From positions 2,768-66,767 of the forward strand of contig BJHQ01000003.1 of the NCBI GenBank assembly GCA_014193115.1: 64,000 bases of DNA, written 5' to 3'. Positions 48,335 through 59,180 of the stretch are shown here, piece by piece (the first letter of the stretch is position 1; each line of letters starts with the position of its first letter). The DNA comes from Planctomycetota bacterium. Its GTDB lineage: Bacteria > Planctomycetota > UBA11346. A program made the translations under genes and the position numbers. Below the pieces are notes generated by a model that saw only the letters and a program-made list of their open reading frames with translations, was not told where the DNA came from and did not search any database.

Positions 48335-50011
48335 ATGACTCCTGTCTCAACCGTCCCACCCCAGTTCTCCCGCGAAGCAGGGTCGTCGACCCGCTCACCG
48401 GTCGATAACATCCTGATCTTCGATACCACCTTGCGCGATGGCGAGCAATCGCCTGGCGCGTCGATGAACCTGACAGAAAAAGTCGAAGTCGCCCGCACCC
48501 TGGAGGGCCTGGGCGTGGATATCATTGAGGCCGGATTTCCGATCGCGTCGCCTGACGACTTCGCCGCGGTCCAGAGCATCGCCCGGGAAACCAGCCGGTC
48601 CCGGATTTGCGGACTGGCCCGAAGTGTCCGCGGCGACATCGAGCGCTGCGCCGACGCCGTCCGCCCGGCTGGCGCCCGGGCCCGAATCCACGTGTTCCTG
48701 GCGACCAGCGCCATCCATCGCCAGTTCAAGCTGAACAAGGCGAAAGAAGAGATCGTGCGCATGGCGCGGACTGCGGTCGAGCATGCCCGCAGCCTGATCG
48801 ACGATGTCGAGTTCTCCTGCGAGGACGCGAGCCGCACGGAGCCTGATTTCCTGTCGGAAGTGGTCGAGGCGGTGATCGCTGCAGGCGCGAGCACCGTGAA
48901 CATCCCCGACACCCTGGGCTATGCCTATCCCGAAGACTACGCGGCGCTGATCCGGCATTTGAAGCAGCGGGTCCGCGGCATCGACCAGGTGGTGATCAGC
49001 GTCCACTGCCACAACGATCTGGGTTTGGCGGTGGCCAACAGCCTGGCAGCGATCCGCGCCGGTGCCCGGCAGGTCGAATGCACCATCAATGGCATCGGCG
49101 AACGGGCCGGCAACTGCGCCATGGAAGAAGTCGTGATGGCGATGCGAGTCCGGCGGGACCAGTTCCCCGGCGCGGCCGGTCCGCTGTGGACCGGTATCGA
49201 CAGCACCAAGCTGTTCGGTGCCAGCCGCCTGGTCCAGTCGATCACCGGCCTGCCGTTGCAGCGCAACAAGGCCATCGTCGGCGACAATGCCTTTGCCCAC
49301 GAATCCGGAATTCATCAGGACGGGGTGATCAAGAATCCCGAATGCTATGAGATCATGACCCCCGCCTCAGTGGGCGTGCCAGCGACCAACCTGGTCCTGG
49401 GTAAGCACTCCGGCCGGGCCGCTCTGGCCAAACGATTCACCGACCTGGGGGTGGCGGTGGCTGACACCGATCTGGACCGGGTCTTCGCCGCGTTCAAGAC
49501 CTTGGCCGATCGGAAGAAAGAAATTTACGATGGCGATCTGATCGCCCTGGTCGAAGAGGTCGTCCGCGGCCACACCATCAGCGAATGGCGGTTGGACCAC
49601 CTGCACCATTCCGCCACCGCTGGCGAAGGCACCTCACCCAAGCTGGCGACGGCCACCGTCCGGCTGATCCGCGACGGCGAGGCCCGCACCGACGCGGCCA
49701 CCGGCGACGGCCCGGTTGAGGCCGTGGTGCTGGCGATGAACCGGATCTGCGGCATTTCCGGCACGGTCGAGGACTACCGCCTGCGCGCCGTGACCAAGGG
49801 CGGCGACGCCCAGGGCGAGGTCGCGATCCGGGCCAGGTTCACCCGCGTCGACCCGAGCCAGCCGGCGATCGTCGTCGGCGGTAAGGGGCTGAGCACCGAC
49901 ATCGTCCACGCCAGCGCCTTGGCCTGGCTCGACGCGATCAACCGCGCCGCGGTCTATCAGGCCCGGACTCTGGCCAGCCATCAGGCCCAAGCAGCGGCGC
50001 TGATCCCGTAA
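48335..50011 (+). CDS. leuA: 2-isopropylmalate synthase
   Basis: IFDTTLRDGEQSPGASM, HCHNDLGLAVANSLAAI and a C-terminal LeuA dimerisation/regulatory domain. Confidence 0.9.
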   Translation: MTPVSTVPPQFSREAGSSTRSPVDNILIFDTTLRDGEQSPGASMNLTEKVEVARTLEGLGVDIIEAGFPIASPDDFAAVQSIARETSRSRICGLARSVRGDIERCADAVRPAGARARIHVFLATSAIHRQFKLNKAKEEIVRMARTAVEHARSLIDDVEFSCEDASRTEPDFLSEVVEAVIAAGASTVNIPDTLGYAYPEDYAALIRHLKQRVRGIDQVVISVHCHNDLGLAVANSLAAIRAGARQVECTINGIGERAGNCAMEEVVMAMRVRRDQFPGAAGPLWTGIDSTKLFGASRLVQSITGLPLQRNKAIVGDNAFAHESGIHQDGVIKNPECYEIMTPASVGVPATNLVLGKHSGRAALAKRFTDLGVAVADTDLDRVFAAFKTLADRKKEIYDGDLIALVEEVVRGHTISEWRLDHLHHSATAGEGTSPKLATATVRLIRDGEARTDAATGDGPVEAVVLAMNRICGISGTVEDYRLRAVTKGGDAQGEVAIRARFTRVDPSQPAIVVGGKGLSTDIVHASALAWLDAINRAAVYQARTLASHQAQAAALIP

Positions 50012-50097
50012 GTCGCTGGTCGGTCGTGGAGCGATGTGCATGCTCCAAGGCCATCGCTCTGCGGATCGTGCATCACCCCGAGAAACGCAGTTGGGGA

Positions 50098-50128
50098 GCC
50101 GCCAAGACGGCCATGGCGCCTTGGCGGT
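50098..50128. terminator. candidate bidirectional hairpin terminator between the convergent leuA and kinase genes
   Basis: GCCGCCAAG-N13-CTTGGCGGT stem-loop followed by TCATCTGCAATTCTGC. There is no canonical U-run. Confidence 0.3.
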
Positions 50129-50154
50129 TCATCTGCAATTCTGCAGATCAGGGT

Positions 50155-51444
50155 TCAGGCCGGCAGAGTCACGGTGAACCGTGCCCCGCCCAGCGGTCCG
50201 TCCTCGACCGAGATCGCGCCTCCGTGCCCGGCGATCAGTGTGTGGGCGATGGCCAGGCCCAGGCCCGTTCCCTGGCTGCGGGTGGAATGGAACGGAGTGA
50301 ATAAATGCTGCCGCAGTTCAGGCGCGATGCCGGGGCCATCGTCATCGATGGTCAGGCGCAGGCGCAGGCCGCCGTCCTCGGCCAGGGCCTGGTCGGCGGT
50401 CACCACCACCCGTCCAGGCCCGCCTTCGCCGCCTTGGTCGCTGCGCGCCTCGGCCACTGCATGGACCGCATTCTGGACCAGGTTGAGCAGGACCTGGCGA
50501 ATCTGCCCTGGGTCGAGGGCGACCTCGCCGCCCTGCCAGCGGTCGGCCAGGGTCAACGCCACCTGGGGCGGAGCTTCTGCCCGGACCAGATCGCAGACTG
50601 CACGGGCCAGGTCGCCGGGAATCGTCGGCCGCCGATCCGGCGCCCGGGCCCGGGTGAAGGTCAACAGATCACCCACCGTCCGGTCGAGGTCGCGGACGCC
50701 GGCGCCGATCGCCTCGGCCCAGCGCCGGCGGCGGAGGGAATCGGGATCGTTTCCCGCCAGATCGTGGAGGAGCAGCGAGGCGAAACCCTGGATGCCGTTG
50801 AGCGGGTTGCGCACTTCGTGGGCGACGCCGGCAGCCATGGCGCCGAGCTGACGCAGGCGGTCTTCCCGTTCGAGGTGGTCGTGGAGGCGGCGCAGCTCGG
50901 TCACGTCTTCGAATATCTCGACGGCGCCGAGCAGCGTGGAGCCGACCGGCGACGCGCCCGGGGCGGCCGGCTCTGCCCGGACCGGCGCCGCAGAGCAGGC
51001 CAGGATCCGCTTGCCTCCGGGGCCGGGCACGGTCCTCTCATACCGCCTGGGCCGGCCATCGCGCAGCACCTCAAGCAGCGGACTGCCGGGGAAGGCCGTG
51101 GCCCAATGTGCGCCCACCGGATCGGCCAGAACCTTGCTGAGCGCCGCCGCCGCCGCTGGATTGCAGGTGGTGACCACGCCCAGGGGATCGACCGCGACCA
51201 CGCCCGAAGCCACCGAGCCGAGCACCAGGTCGAGCCAGGCGGTCAGCCGGTCGAGCTGGGCCAGACGTTCGGCCAGCTCGCGGTTGGCGGCGGTCAGCCG
51301 GGCATTGGCCTCGACCAGCTCGCGGGTCCGTGCCGACAACAGGCTTTCCAGGCGCTGGACCTGGGCCGCCAAAGCCCCGGTGGTCTCATCGAACAGGCGC
51401 AGGGCGGCAGCAAGATCGGGCAGCCCGGTCTGAGGTTCGTTCAT
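50155..51444 (-). CDS. sensor histidine kinase (coiled-coil, PAS, HisKA and HATPase domains)
   Basis: H-box AHEVRNPLNGIQGF and G-boxes DDGPGIAPE ... GTGLGLAIAHTLIAGHGG. Start chosen at MNEPQTG. Confidence 0.85.
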   Translation of the reverse strand: MNEPQTGLPDLAAALRLFDETTGALAAQVQRLESLLSARTRELVEANARLTAANRELAERLAQLDRLTAWLDLVLGSVASGVVAVDPLGVVTTCNPAAAAALSKVLADPVGAHWATAFPGSPLLEVLRDGRPRRYERTVPGPGGKRILACSAAPVRAEPAAPGASPVGSTLLGAVEIFEDVTELRRLHDHLEREDRLRQLGAMAAGVAHEVRNPLNGIQGFASLLLHDLAGNDPDSLRRRRWAEAIGAGVRDLDRTVGDLLTFTRARAPDRRPTIPGDLARAVCDLVRAEAPPQVALTLADRWQGGEVALDPGQIRQVLLNLVQNAVHAVAEARSDQGGEGGPGRVVVTADQALAEDGGLRLRLTIDDDGPGIAPELRQHLFTPFHSTRSQGTGLGLAIAHTLIAGHGGAISVEDGPLGGARFTVTLPA

Positions 51445-51614
51445 CCGCGGTCTCGGCACCAGAGATCCGCCTGGAAAACCCAGGCATGAACCGCCAGGAC
51501 GCCAGGGCGCCAAGGAATTCGGCTGGAACATCCCGCGAGGAACAGGGGCTTCCCTCGTGATCGACGCGATCGACGTGGTTGCAGCCCTGCGCAGCGGGGA
51601 CGTTCTTTGCCAGG

Positions 51615-51668
51615 CCCTGGCCGGTTGTGAGTCCCTGGCCGGTTGTGAGTCCCTGGCCGGGCTTGCGT
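51615..51668. repeat. 18-bp tandem repeat x3 (CCCTGGCCGGTTGTGAGT)
   Basis: Direct periodicity in the gap between the operon's last gene and the kinase gene. Confidence 0.8.
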
Positions 51669-51761
51669 CCCGGCATCGCGAAACCGGACATCCTCTCGCG
51701 GCACACAAAGAAAAGCTGGTGTCGATTGGGAGGTCACGACTGGTTCAAGCACGAAGCCGCC

Positions 51762-52103
51762 TTATCGCCGCAGGTCGAGGAACTTGCTGGCCTCTGGGCT
51801 TGATGGCACACCGTAGGCCCGGACCGCCCGTTCGACCTCTCCGGCATGATCCAGGTGCAGGCTCAGGCGCTGGCGGTGCTCGGCAAGCAGCTCCTGGGCC
51901 AGCGCCTGCAAGGCAACAGCCTCTTCGGCCTCGGCCAGCTGCCCGGCATCGGCGATGATCGCCCCGGCGACGGCGGCGGCGATCTGGTCGGCGAGGACAT
52001 CAAGCTGCTCGGCATCAGGATCTTCTTGGACCAGCAGGGCAACCACCTGGCGCAGGGCGTCGCGCGCGATGGCGAACGGACTCGGTGCGGCGGACTGGTT
52101 CAT
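51762..52103 (-). CDS. hypothetical helical protein (last gene of the large minus-strand operon)
   Basis: Start MNQSAAPS overlaps the upstream stop (ATGA). Confidence 0.45.
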   Translation of the reverse strand: MNQSAAPSPFAIARDALRQVVALLVQEDPDAEQLDVLADQIAAAVAGAIIADAGQLAEAEEAVALQALAQELLAEHRQRLSLHLDHAGEVERAVRAYGVPSSPEASKFLDLRR

Positions 52104-52951
52104 GGCAGCGTGCTGGTGATGGCCTGGGCGGCCGGTCCGAGATCGCTGGTCGGCCACGTCAGAAGAAAGGCAGCGATGGCAGCGCGCACCGCCGCCGCCG
52201 CCTCCGCTTTGACCGCCGGCTCGGCGCGGCGGGCCTGTTCCGCCTGGAACCACAACCGCAGGTAGGCGACTTTCGGACGGTCGGCACGATCCAGGCCAAG
52301 ATCCTCGATCCGTTCGAGTGCGGCCAGTCCGTCGGCGAGATCGTTGGCGACGTGGTCACCGCCCGCCGCAACCAGGTCGCGGCAGCACTCGGCGATGGCC
52401 AGACGGTTGGCTGCGGCCAGCACCGGCGCCTGCCGGGCAGTGACCGCCGGACGGGCCTGGTCGAGGGGATCGGTGGAATGGCGCGTGGAACGGCCGGCGA
52501 ATTCGGCCATCGCCGCACGCAGGGACTCCCGGGCCACGTCGCGACCGCCTTTGGCCGCGACGATGTCGGGCTGTTCAGCGATCTCGCGCAGCCCTCCGCG
52601 GCCGGGGACGATCGGCCGGGTGGATGCCGCGCCGAGACCGGCGATGGCCTGGTCGCGGCTGCGGATCGCCGCATCGATCCGGCGCAGCAGCAGGTCGGTG
52701 GGATCGCCGCCACTCGGTTCGCCGGTGGAGGGCAGGGCCGGCGCCAGCCGCGGCTGGGGAGGCAAGGGCGGCGCCCCAGGCTCGGCTGAGGCGCCAGAAC
52801 CCAGCAGCAGAAAACCCAGCAGCAGAGAACACAGCAGCGGACAGCCGCCCGCAGCACTCCACCTGGGCGGTGCTCCCGCCCGCCGCCCAGGCATCCCGCG
52901 CGCCTCCGCGGAGTTGCGTCTTGGTGGTCGGTCGGCAGCGCCGAGGTTCAT
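52100..52951 (-). CDS. secreted hypothetical protein
   Basis: Signal peptide CPLLCSLLLGFLLLGSGASA. ATGA overlap with the upstream gene. Confidence 0.5.
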   Translation of the reverse strand: MNLGAADRPPRRNSAEARGMPGRRAGAPPRWSAAGGCPLLCSLLLGFLLLGSGASAEPGAPPLPPQPRLAPALPSTGEPSGGDPTDLLLRRIDAAIRSRDQAIAGLGAASTRPIVPGRGGLREIAEQPDIVAAKGGRDVARESLRAAMAEFAGRSTRHSTDPLDQARPAVTARQAPVLAAANRLAIAECCRDLVAAGGDHVANDLADGLAALERIEDLGLDRADRPKVAYLRLWFQAEQARRAEPAVKAEAAAAVRAAIAAFLLTWPTSDLGPAAQAITSTLP

Positions 52952-55092
52952 GGCGCCTCCCCGCGATAGGCTTTGATCGCCTCGCGCAGCCGGCCGTTGG
53001 CCCGGTGGTGATCGCCGAGGATGCGGGCGGCGAGCTCGCGGTCGCGGTCGCCGAGCAGCGGATCGGCCATCAAATCGGTCAACGAGGTCAGGGCGACGCT
53101 CTCCTGCCCAGCGACCAGGGCGCAGCGGGCTCGGCCGATGATCGCGGCGTGGCGCAGGGCCGCCGGCGGGGATTCATCGAGCACCCGCTGATAATAGCCC
53201 ATCGCGGTTCCGGCCAGCACCGCCTGCTGGGTACGATCGCGCTCGGCCTGGTGCCATGCGGCCTGGGCCAGGTAGAACAGCACCCGGGCCCGCACCGGTC
53301 CGGGATGGTCGCCGAGCTTGCTGACCAGGGCAGCAACCAGCTCATCGAGCTGCAACGACGGCTCCCGCCGATCCGCCAACGCGTCGCCACGGAGCAGTTC
53401 CCACAGCGCCGCCACCGCCGCATCGGTGCGCTCCAGCTCGGCATAGCACCGGGCGATGGCGACCAGCAGCTCGGCATCGAGGTCGGTGCGGGGAAAATCC
53501 TGGCGGGCGCGGAGGAAGGCGAACAACGCCTCGACGGTGCGCGAGGCCTGGGCAGCCGGCGGCGGCTGGGACGTTCCTGGCGAAGCGCGCGCCGCCGCTG
53601 GCGGAGCATGGGCCGCACCAGCGCTCGCTGAACCGCCAGCGCCATGGGGCTGGGCAGGCGAAGGGGCCGCTGGCGCCGAGGCGAGCAGACACAACCCGAC
53701 CCGCAGGGCGCAGCGGGCGTAGGCTTCGATGGCGATGTCGGGCCGGCCGTCCCCTTTGGCCCAGGCCAGATGCAACCGGCGGTAGATCGCAAGCGCTTCG
53801 CCGAAGCGGCCAGCGCCATAGGCGCAATCGGCGGCCAGGATCTGCAGCCGCTGGGGCATGCGTTCGATGTGCAGGCCCGCGGCCTCTCGCCACTTGTCGA
53901 GGTGGATGGCGGCCTCGGCCCAGCGACCGGCAGCGTGCAGCATCTCGGCCAGGCGCAGCCGGGCAGCGGCGACGTCGGCAGCCGCCCACGGTTCGTCGGC
54001 GAACCGTTCGAGCAGCAGGTGCAGGTCATCCATCGCCTCATCGCGGGCGATCGGGTCGGCGTGGCGGGTGGCCTGGGCCTCGCCGGCCGCGGCTGCCGCC
54101 AGGAACACTCCAGGCAGGTCGTGGTCGTCATTGCCGGCCCGGGCGATGTAGTTGCGGTAGACCCCGCGGGCATCGAGGTGGTTGCCAAGTGCGGCCATGC
54201 AGTCGCCGATCCCGCGGATCCCCGACTGGACCCACCGCCGCACCGCCGGATCGGCGGAGCCGCTGAAGCCGTCGACCAGCGCTCCGTACAGTTCGATGGC
54301 CGCGACATTGCGCCGGCCGTCCTGTTCGATCCGTGCTCGGCGATAGGCGGCCTCGGCGGCGGCGCCCGGGTCGCGATCCGACGGGCTCCAGGTCGAGGCC
54401 CGTTCATAGGCGCGCTCGGCGCGGCGCCGGTCACCGGGGGCGTCGCTCGCGGCCGAGCGTGCCGCGGAGACCACGATCCTCCGGGTCCGCGCATCGGGGT
54501 CATCGCGCCAGGCCAGGCCGGCGGCGCCGCACAGCCGGTCGAGCACGTCGTCCAGGTCGAGGCCGCTGACCATCAGGGTCACCGGCCGGGTGCGACCCGG
54601 AGCGTTGGCATCATCGATCACCACGCCGCACAGCCCGGCCAGCTCGGCCAGCACCTCTTCCATGGCTGCGCCGCGCAGGCTGGCAGAGATCTTTCCGCTC
54701 GCGATCGATAGTCCGGGCAGGCGACGGCTCTGCTGGTCATTGGCAGCCGCGGTCGTCCGAGCAGCAGGGCCGGGGGCGGCCGGCTCCACCGCCACCAGGC
54801 CCTTGGCCTGGGCCTCGCGCAGGCGTTCCCGGGCGGCGCGCAGCGCGGCGAGATCGTCGGCCAGGGCAGGACGCTGAGCCGTCTGGGCCGGACCGGCCGA
54901 ACCCACCAGCTGCATCGGCCGTGGAACCGGCTCCAAGGTCGGTTGCAGACCGGGCTCGGCAGCCAGGACCGGGCCGGAAACCAGGGTGTACCACACCACG
55001 CTCACCAACCAGGCAGGCGCCATCGAAAAAGCGCCTGGGCCGAAACCAGCGCGCGCAGTCGGCATTCCCGGGGATTTTCCTTGTTCAGCCAT
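52948..55092 (-). CDS. secreted TPR-repeat protein with an N-terminal STN-like (secretin/TonB N-terminus) module
   Basis: Signal peptide MAPAWLVSVVWYTLVSGPVLAAEP. An STN-like block (ISASLRGAAMEEVLAELAGLCGVVID) is followed by long TPR-like helical repeats. Start ATGGCTGA overlaps the upstream stop. Confidence 0.6.
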   Translation of the reverse strand: MAEQGKSPGMPTARAGFGPGAFSMAPAWLVSVVWYTLVSGPVLAAEPGLQPTLEPVPRPMQLVGSAGPAQTAQRPALADDLAALRAARERLREAQAKGLVAVEPAAPGPAARTTAAANDQQSRRLPGLSIASGKISASLRGAAMEEVLAELAGLCGVVIDDANAPGRTRPVTLMVSGLDLDDVLDRLCGAAGLAWRDDPDARTRRIVVSAARSAASDAPGDRRRAERAYERASTWSPSDRDPGAAAEAAYRRARIEQDGRRNVAAIELYGALVDGFSGSADPAVRRWVQSGIRGIGDCMAALGNHLDARGVYRNYIARAGNDDHDLPGVFLAAAAAGEAQATRHADPIARDEAMDDLHLLLERFADEPWAAADVAAARLRLAEMLHAAGRWAEAAIHLDKWREAAGLHIERMPQRLQILAADCAYGAGRFGEALAIYRRLHLAWAKGDGRPDIAIEAYARCALRVGLCLLASAPAAPSPAQPHGAGGSASAGAAHAPPAAARASPGTSQPPPAAQASRTVEALFAFLRARQDFPRTDLDAELLVAIARCYAELERTDAAVAALWELLRGDALADRREPSLQLDELVAALVSKLGDHPGPVRARVLFYLAQAAWHQAERDRTQQAVLAGTAMGYYQRVLDESPPAALRHAAIIGRARCALVAGQESVALTSLTDLMADPLLGDRDRELAARILGDHHRANGRLREAIKAYRGEAP

Positions 55093-56752
55093 GGCCGTGC
55101 TCCGCGGCATGGGCAGCCGGGGCATGACCGGCATCATGGCCCGCGGCCGGTTCAGCCGGTCCATGGCCGGGTTCATGCTTATGGTCGTGTTCGGCCGGTT
55201 CGCGCTGGACCGTGGCGGGGGCCGGCTGTTCCAGCAGCCTGCCGAGCATCAGGTAGGCGCGGTGCACGGCCTGGCGGTTGCGGACCAACTCCGCACCAGA
55301 GCGCGAGCCGCCGCCGGGCAGGCGCTCCGCCACCCACGAATCCTCCTCGGCAAGCACGTTGTAGACCACCGCCAAGGCTCCGGCCCGATCGTTGGCCTGG
55401 GCCAGGCTGTCAGCGTGGTCGAGATGCAGGCCGGGGTCCGTGAACGGCGGATTTCCCGGCTCGCCGGCCAAGGCGAAGGCGGCGGCGGCGCGGCCATGGT
55501 CGCCCTGGGTGCGATGGGTGCGTGCCAGCACCAGGCTGATTTCGGCGGCGTGGGCGGGATGGCGTTGGCGCAACCGTTCGAGCAGCATCACTCCCCTGGC
55601 AACGGCATCGCCGTCGCCGCTCGCCAGCCGGGCCAGGGCCGTGGCGAAGTCTTCGGCGTAGCTGTCGGTTGGAACGGTTGAGGTCGCGACCCGGGTCCGA
55701 CGCAGCTCGCCCGCCAGATCGCCCAGCCGCACCACCGTGATCGACAAGGTGGTGGCGCAGATCGACAAGGCGACCACCGCCGCGGCGAGCAGCCAGCGGG
55801 CGCCGCGCAGTTCGATCGGAGCCGCCGCCGGGACCAGACCGGGATAGGCCATGGGCTGCGGGGTCGGAGTCGGGGCGATGCCCAGCACCTGGCGCACGTC
55901 CACTGCATCGCTGGTCACGCCAGGCGCCGGAGCGTTCTGCGCCAGCATCTTGTCGATGGCGCCTTCGTGCTTGGCCAGGTCGGCGGCGGCAGGGGCGGGT
56001 TGGCGGGCCTCGTTCGGACCGGGCGTACTGTCAGTGAGCTGCTGGAGCAGGGCATCGATGTCGCTCTGGGCGATGATCCCGGTCGACGTCCGGGTGTCCT
56101 GTTTGCCGCCCTGTTTGGCGACCAGCGCATCGACCTCTTCGGTGGACAGGTTGAGGATCGGCTTGGTGTCGGGCGTCGCCATCCCGGCTTTGCTGCCCGA
56201 AGCCGGGGCGCTGACCGAGCCGGTGCCAGTCGAAGCCGGGGACCTGACCGAGCCGGTGCCGGCCGCAGCCGAGCCGGGTTCACCGGTCGGATTGGGCGTC
56301 ACCGCCGAGGTCGTCCGCGGAGCGCTCGCCGGCGCGGCGCTTCCTGGTGTGGTCAGCGCCGCGGTCTCCGGTCCGGCCGGCGTGGCGGCCGAACTCAGCT
56401 CAGCCAGCAGCCGGTCGATGTCTGAAACGCCAGCCGAGCTGGTACCAGGAGCCGGAGGCGGCGCATCGTCGCGGGTCTCGGCCGCGGCCCGTTCGGCCTT
56501 GTGCGCCCCGGACAGTTGGGCGAGCAGGGCGTCGATATCCGCGGCATTGCCCGACGGGCTGCCAGCGGAGGACGACCCGCGGTCGTCGGCGGAATCGCCT
56601 CCAGGCTGGGCAAGCAATTGCTCGCTGTTGGTCCCCGCATCGGCCCGGGGGGCTTTCGCGTCGCTGTGCCCGCCCACGTCCCCGCCCAGCGCCGCAAGCA
56701 GGGCGTCGATCTCCTCCGTGCTGGGGGCGTCTGCCACGGGTGTCCCTCGCAT
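55085..56752 (-). CDS. FimV-like protein: acidic (E/D)IDALLAxL repeats, a single TM, a TPR domain and a His-rich C-terminal tail
   Basis: Five copies of xIDALLxxL, TM WLLAAAVVALSICATTLSITVV, then a TPR-like region. It ends in HDHKHEPGHGP...HAAEHGHG. Confidence 0.55.
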   Translation of the reverse strand: MRGTPVADAPSTEEIDALLAALGGDVGGHSDAKAPRADAGTNSEQLLAQPGGDSADDRGSSSAGSPSGNAADIDALLAQLSGAHKAERAAAETRDDAPPPAPGTSSAGVSDIDRLLAELSSAATPAGPETAALTTPGSAAPASAPRTTSAVTPNPTGEPGSAAAGTGSVRSPASTGTGSVSAPASGSKAGMATPDTKPILNLSTEEVDALVAKQGGKQDTRTSTGIIAQSDIDALLQQLTDSTPGPNEARQPAPAAADLAKHEGAIDKMLAQNAPAPGVTSDAVDVRQVLGIAPTPTPQPMAYPGLVPAAAPIELRGARWLLAAAVVALSICATTLSITVVRLGDLAGELRRTRVATSTVPTDSYAEDFATALARLASGDGDAVARGVMLLERLRQRHPAHAAEISLVLARTHRTQGDHGRAAAAFALAGEPGNPPFTDPGLHLDHADSLAQANDRAGALAVVYNVLAEEDSWVAERLPGGGSRSGAELVRNRQAVHRAYLMLGRLLEQPAPATVQREPAEHDHKHEPGHGPAEPAAGHDAGHAPAAHAAEHGHG

Positions 56753-56921
56753 TCCTCGACAGAGTCGGCTGCCAACCCCGACGACGCACGGACCATGCCA
56801 TGGTCACCGGGAAGCGCCCGAGGGACATCCGCCGTACCTAGTCTACCACCGATCCGGGAGCCCGGTCCAACGGGTTCCCGGGCAGCGGCGGCCAGCCGCC
56901 GATGAGCGCAGCGACTCGTCG

Positions 56922-59105
56922 CTAGGCCTCAACCAGCATCACGACCTCTTCGTTGAACACCGCCTTGGGGTCGATCTGGGCATCAGCAATCGACGACTTC
57001 ATCGCCTGGTCGCTGGAGACGAAGAACCGGGCGTGGGCGCTGGCGCCGTCGGCACGGCGGACCTCCAGATCGTTGCCGTCGGCGACGGATTGCCCGACCT
57101 GGGCTGGGCGGGCGTTGATCCACAGCGCGGCGCCATCGGCCAAGGCGCCGACGACCACGCCGCTCCGGGTGGCGCGGAAGGTCACCTGCTCGGCGAATTC
57201 CGGGACTCCGAACGAGGTTGCGGATTGCCGTCCGGGCAGGCCGCTGAGCGGATCGAGCCGGCCGGCGATGCGCAGGACCTCGGCCTTGAACCGCGGCCGG
57301 GTCAGCCACCACCACAGGAAAAGCGCGAGCAGGGCGAGCAGGATCAGCAGCAGGCCGAGGATGATCGGCAGCCAATCGCGATCGACCCGCAGGGTCAGCG
57401 ACTTGCCGGCGATGGCCTTGACGTCAGCGGATTCGATCGCGGCAGCGCTGGCCGAACCCGGACCGGTGGCAGAGATCCGGACTTTTTGCGGCGGTTTCAG
57501 GTCCCAGGCGCCGAGCTCCTTGGTGGTGAAGGTGATTTCGCCGGTCCAGCCCCGAGCCACCGCCGGATCGCGCTGGAGAGCCACCGTGCGTTCGCCGCCC
57601 TCGGCCCGGGTGAGCACGACGTCGAGCGCTTGCAGCGGAACCCGGCCGCCGGCCTGGCGCAGGTCGAGCCGGATCGGCCGTCCGGCGATCACCGCCGCTG
57701 GTTCGCCTTTGTCGCCGAGCGGGAAACCGCCGAGCAGGGTCAACCGGCCGAGGGCCATCCACTTCAGATCGAGCGGACGAGCATCGGTGCGGTCCTTCCA
57801 TGCGGCATTGGGCACCAGGCTGACCCGGCCCTTGCCGTCGCCAGTGGGCAGGATCACGCCGATCAGCTGCTGGAGCAGCGGTTCCGTGGTCGCGCCGTCG
57901 ATGGCCAGGGCCAGCCGGGCGTCCTTTTCCAGTTCGGTGCGCAGCGCGTCGCTGACCGCGGTCTCGCCGGGGGCCCGGGTCCAGGTGTGGGTCAGTTTCA
58001 GCGCATCGCCGCCGAACAGGCTGTCCGTGTCCAGGCCCGGGCCGAGGGCCAGGCGATGGGCGACCCGCTGGGGCGCCTGGATCAGGATTTCGCAGGGCCG
58101 CGGCTGAGCGGCCGCGTCAGCGGCGGTGCGGCGCAGCAGATAGGCGCCGCCGGCCTCGACTCCGGCCAAGCGATAGACCCGGCAGGGGCCGCTGTCGTCG
58201 ATCCGCGTCACCCGCGGCTCGGTGGCGACCGCGGCCTTGCCGGCATCGGCACCAGCTTTGCCGGCATCGGTACCAGCCTTGCCGGTATCGGCCGTGGCGT
58301 CCTTCGCGGTGGGCAGCTCCTTGCCATCCGGGCCGATGAAGCTGACTGTGAAGTCCGTGTATGGACCGGGCACGTGAAGCCAGATCAGGGCCCCGCGATT
58401 GGCCTCGGGGATGGCGACCGGGGCGTCGCCGGGGGCGGCCACGGTCAAACCGGTCGGCTGGGGCACACCGAGGGCGGTCAAGGCCGGCAGCAAGGTTTTC
58501 AGCTCAAGCGTGCGCAGATTGAGACGCTGGGCGTCGGGTCGCAGCTCGGCGATCCAGCTCAGCGCTGAATCCGGCCGGGGCGAGGCCACGGTGTCGAGCA
58601 GCAGCCAGCGGCGATGGGCGGCTTTCACCGCCGACAGCTTCGGCTCCAGGGCGGTCTGCCGGGCGGCGGTGTTGATCTGGTCGCGGCTGGCATCGGCGCC
58701 GGCCGCGGTGAGCAGCGCGGGATCGGTGTCGGTCGGCGAGCCGACGACCTCGGTCAGGCCGTCGCCGGCGATCACGGTCAGCACCGGGCCGGATTCCGGG
58801 GCGGTCAGCCAGGACACGGCTTTTGGATAATCGGCCCAGCGTCCGGCATAGGTCGCAGCGCCCAGGTCGGGGCCCGGCTCGCCAGTTCGGGCGAAGGTGA
58901 CGGCCTCGATTTTCTTGGCATCGATTGGGGTCAGCAGGTGCTGCTGGAGGAAGCGCAGGCGATCGATAACGGCCTTGTCGGCCGTGGTCCGCGAGCCATC
59001 GACCGCGATCGCCGCCTGAACCACCGGCGCCGGCGGCGCGGGTTCACCAGGGAACGCCGCTGCGAAGAGCATCGCCAGGAGCAGGAGGCCACGCCAAGTC
59101 GACAT
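56922..59105 (-). CDS. large secreted protein (728 aa), function unknown
   Basis: Signal peptide MSTWRGLLLLAMLFAAAFPGEP. High GC3. Contains an in-frame 21-bp x3 repeat (58238-58300). The ORF-track N-terminal extension is read-through of the tandem repeats. Confidence 0.6.
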   Translation of the reverse strand: MSTWRGLLLLAMLFAAAFPGEPAPPAPVVQAAIAVDGSRTTADKAVIDRLRFLQQHLLTPIDAKKIEAVTFARTGEPGPDLGAATYAGRWADYPKAVSWLTAPESGPVLTVIAGDGLTEVVGSPTDTDPALLTAAGADASRDQINTAARQTALEPKLSAVKAAHRRWLLLDTVASPRPDSALSWIAELRPDAQRLNLRTLELKTLLPALTALGVPQPTGLTVAAPGDAPVAIPEANRGALIWLHVPGPYTDFTVSFIGPDGKELPTAKDATADTGKAGTDAGKAGADAGKAAVATEPRVTRIDDSGPCRVYRLAGVEAGGAYLLRRTAADAAAQPRPCEILIQAPQRVAHRLALGPGLDTDSLFGGDALKLTHTWTRAPGETAVSDALRTELEKDARLALAIDGATTEPLLQQLIGVILPTGDGKGRVSLVPNAAWKDRTDARPLDLKWMALGRLTLLGGFPLGDKGEPAAVIAGRPIRLDLRQAGGRVPLQALDVVLTRAEGGERTVALQRDPAVARGWTGEITFTTKELGAWDLKPPQKVRISATGPGSASAAAIESADVKAIAGKSLTLRVDRDWLPIILGLLLILLALLALFLWWWLTRPRFKAEVLRIAGRLDPLSGLPGRQSATSFGVPEFAEQVTFRATRSGVVVGALADGAALWINARPAQVGQSVADGNDLEVRRADGASAHARFFVSSDQAMKSSIADAQIDPKAVFNEEVVMLVEA

Positions 59106-59180
59106 GGAGAACCCCCAGCAACTGGACATCACATGGCCTTCGACGCTCTGGGGTTGAGATATCACATCATGAACGAAACA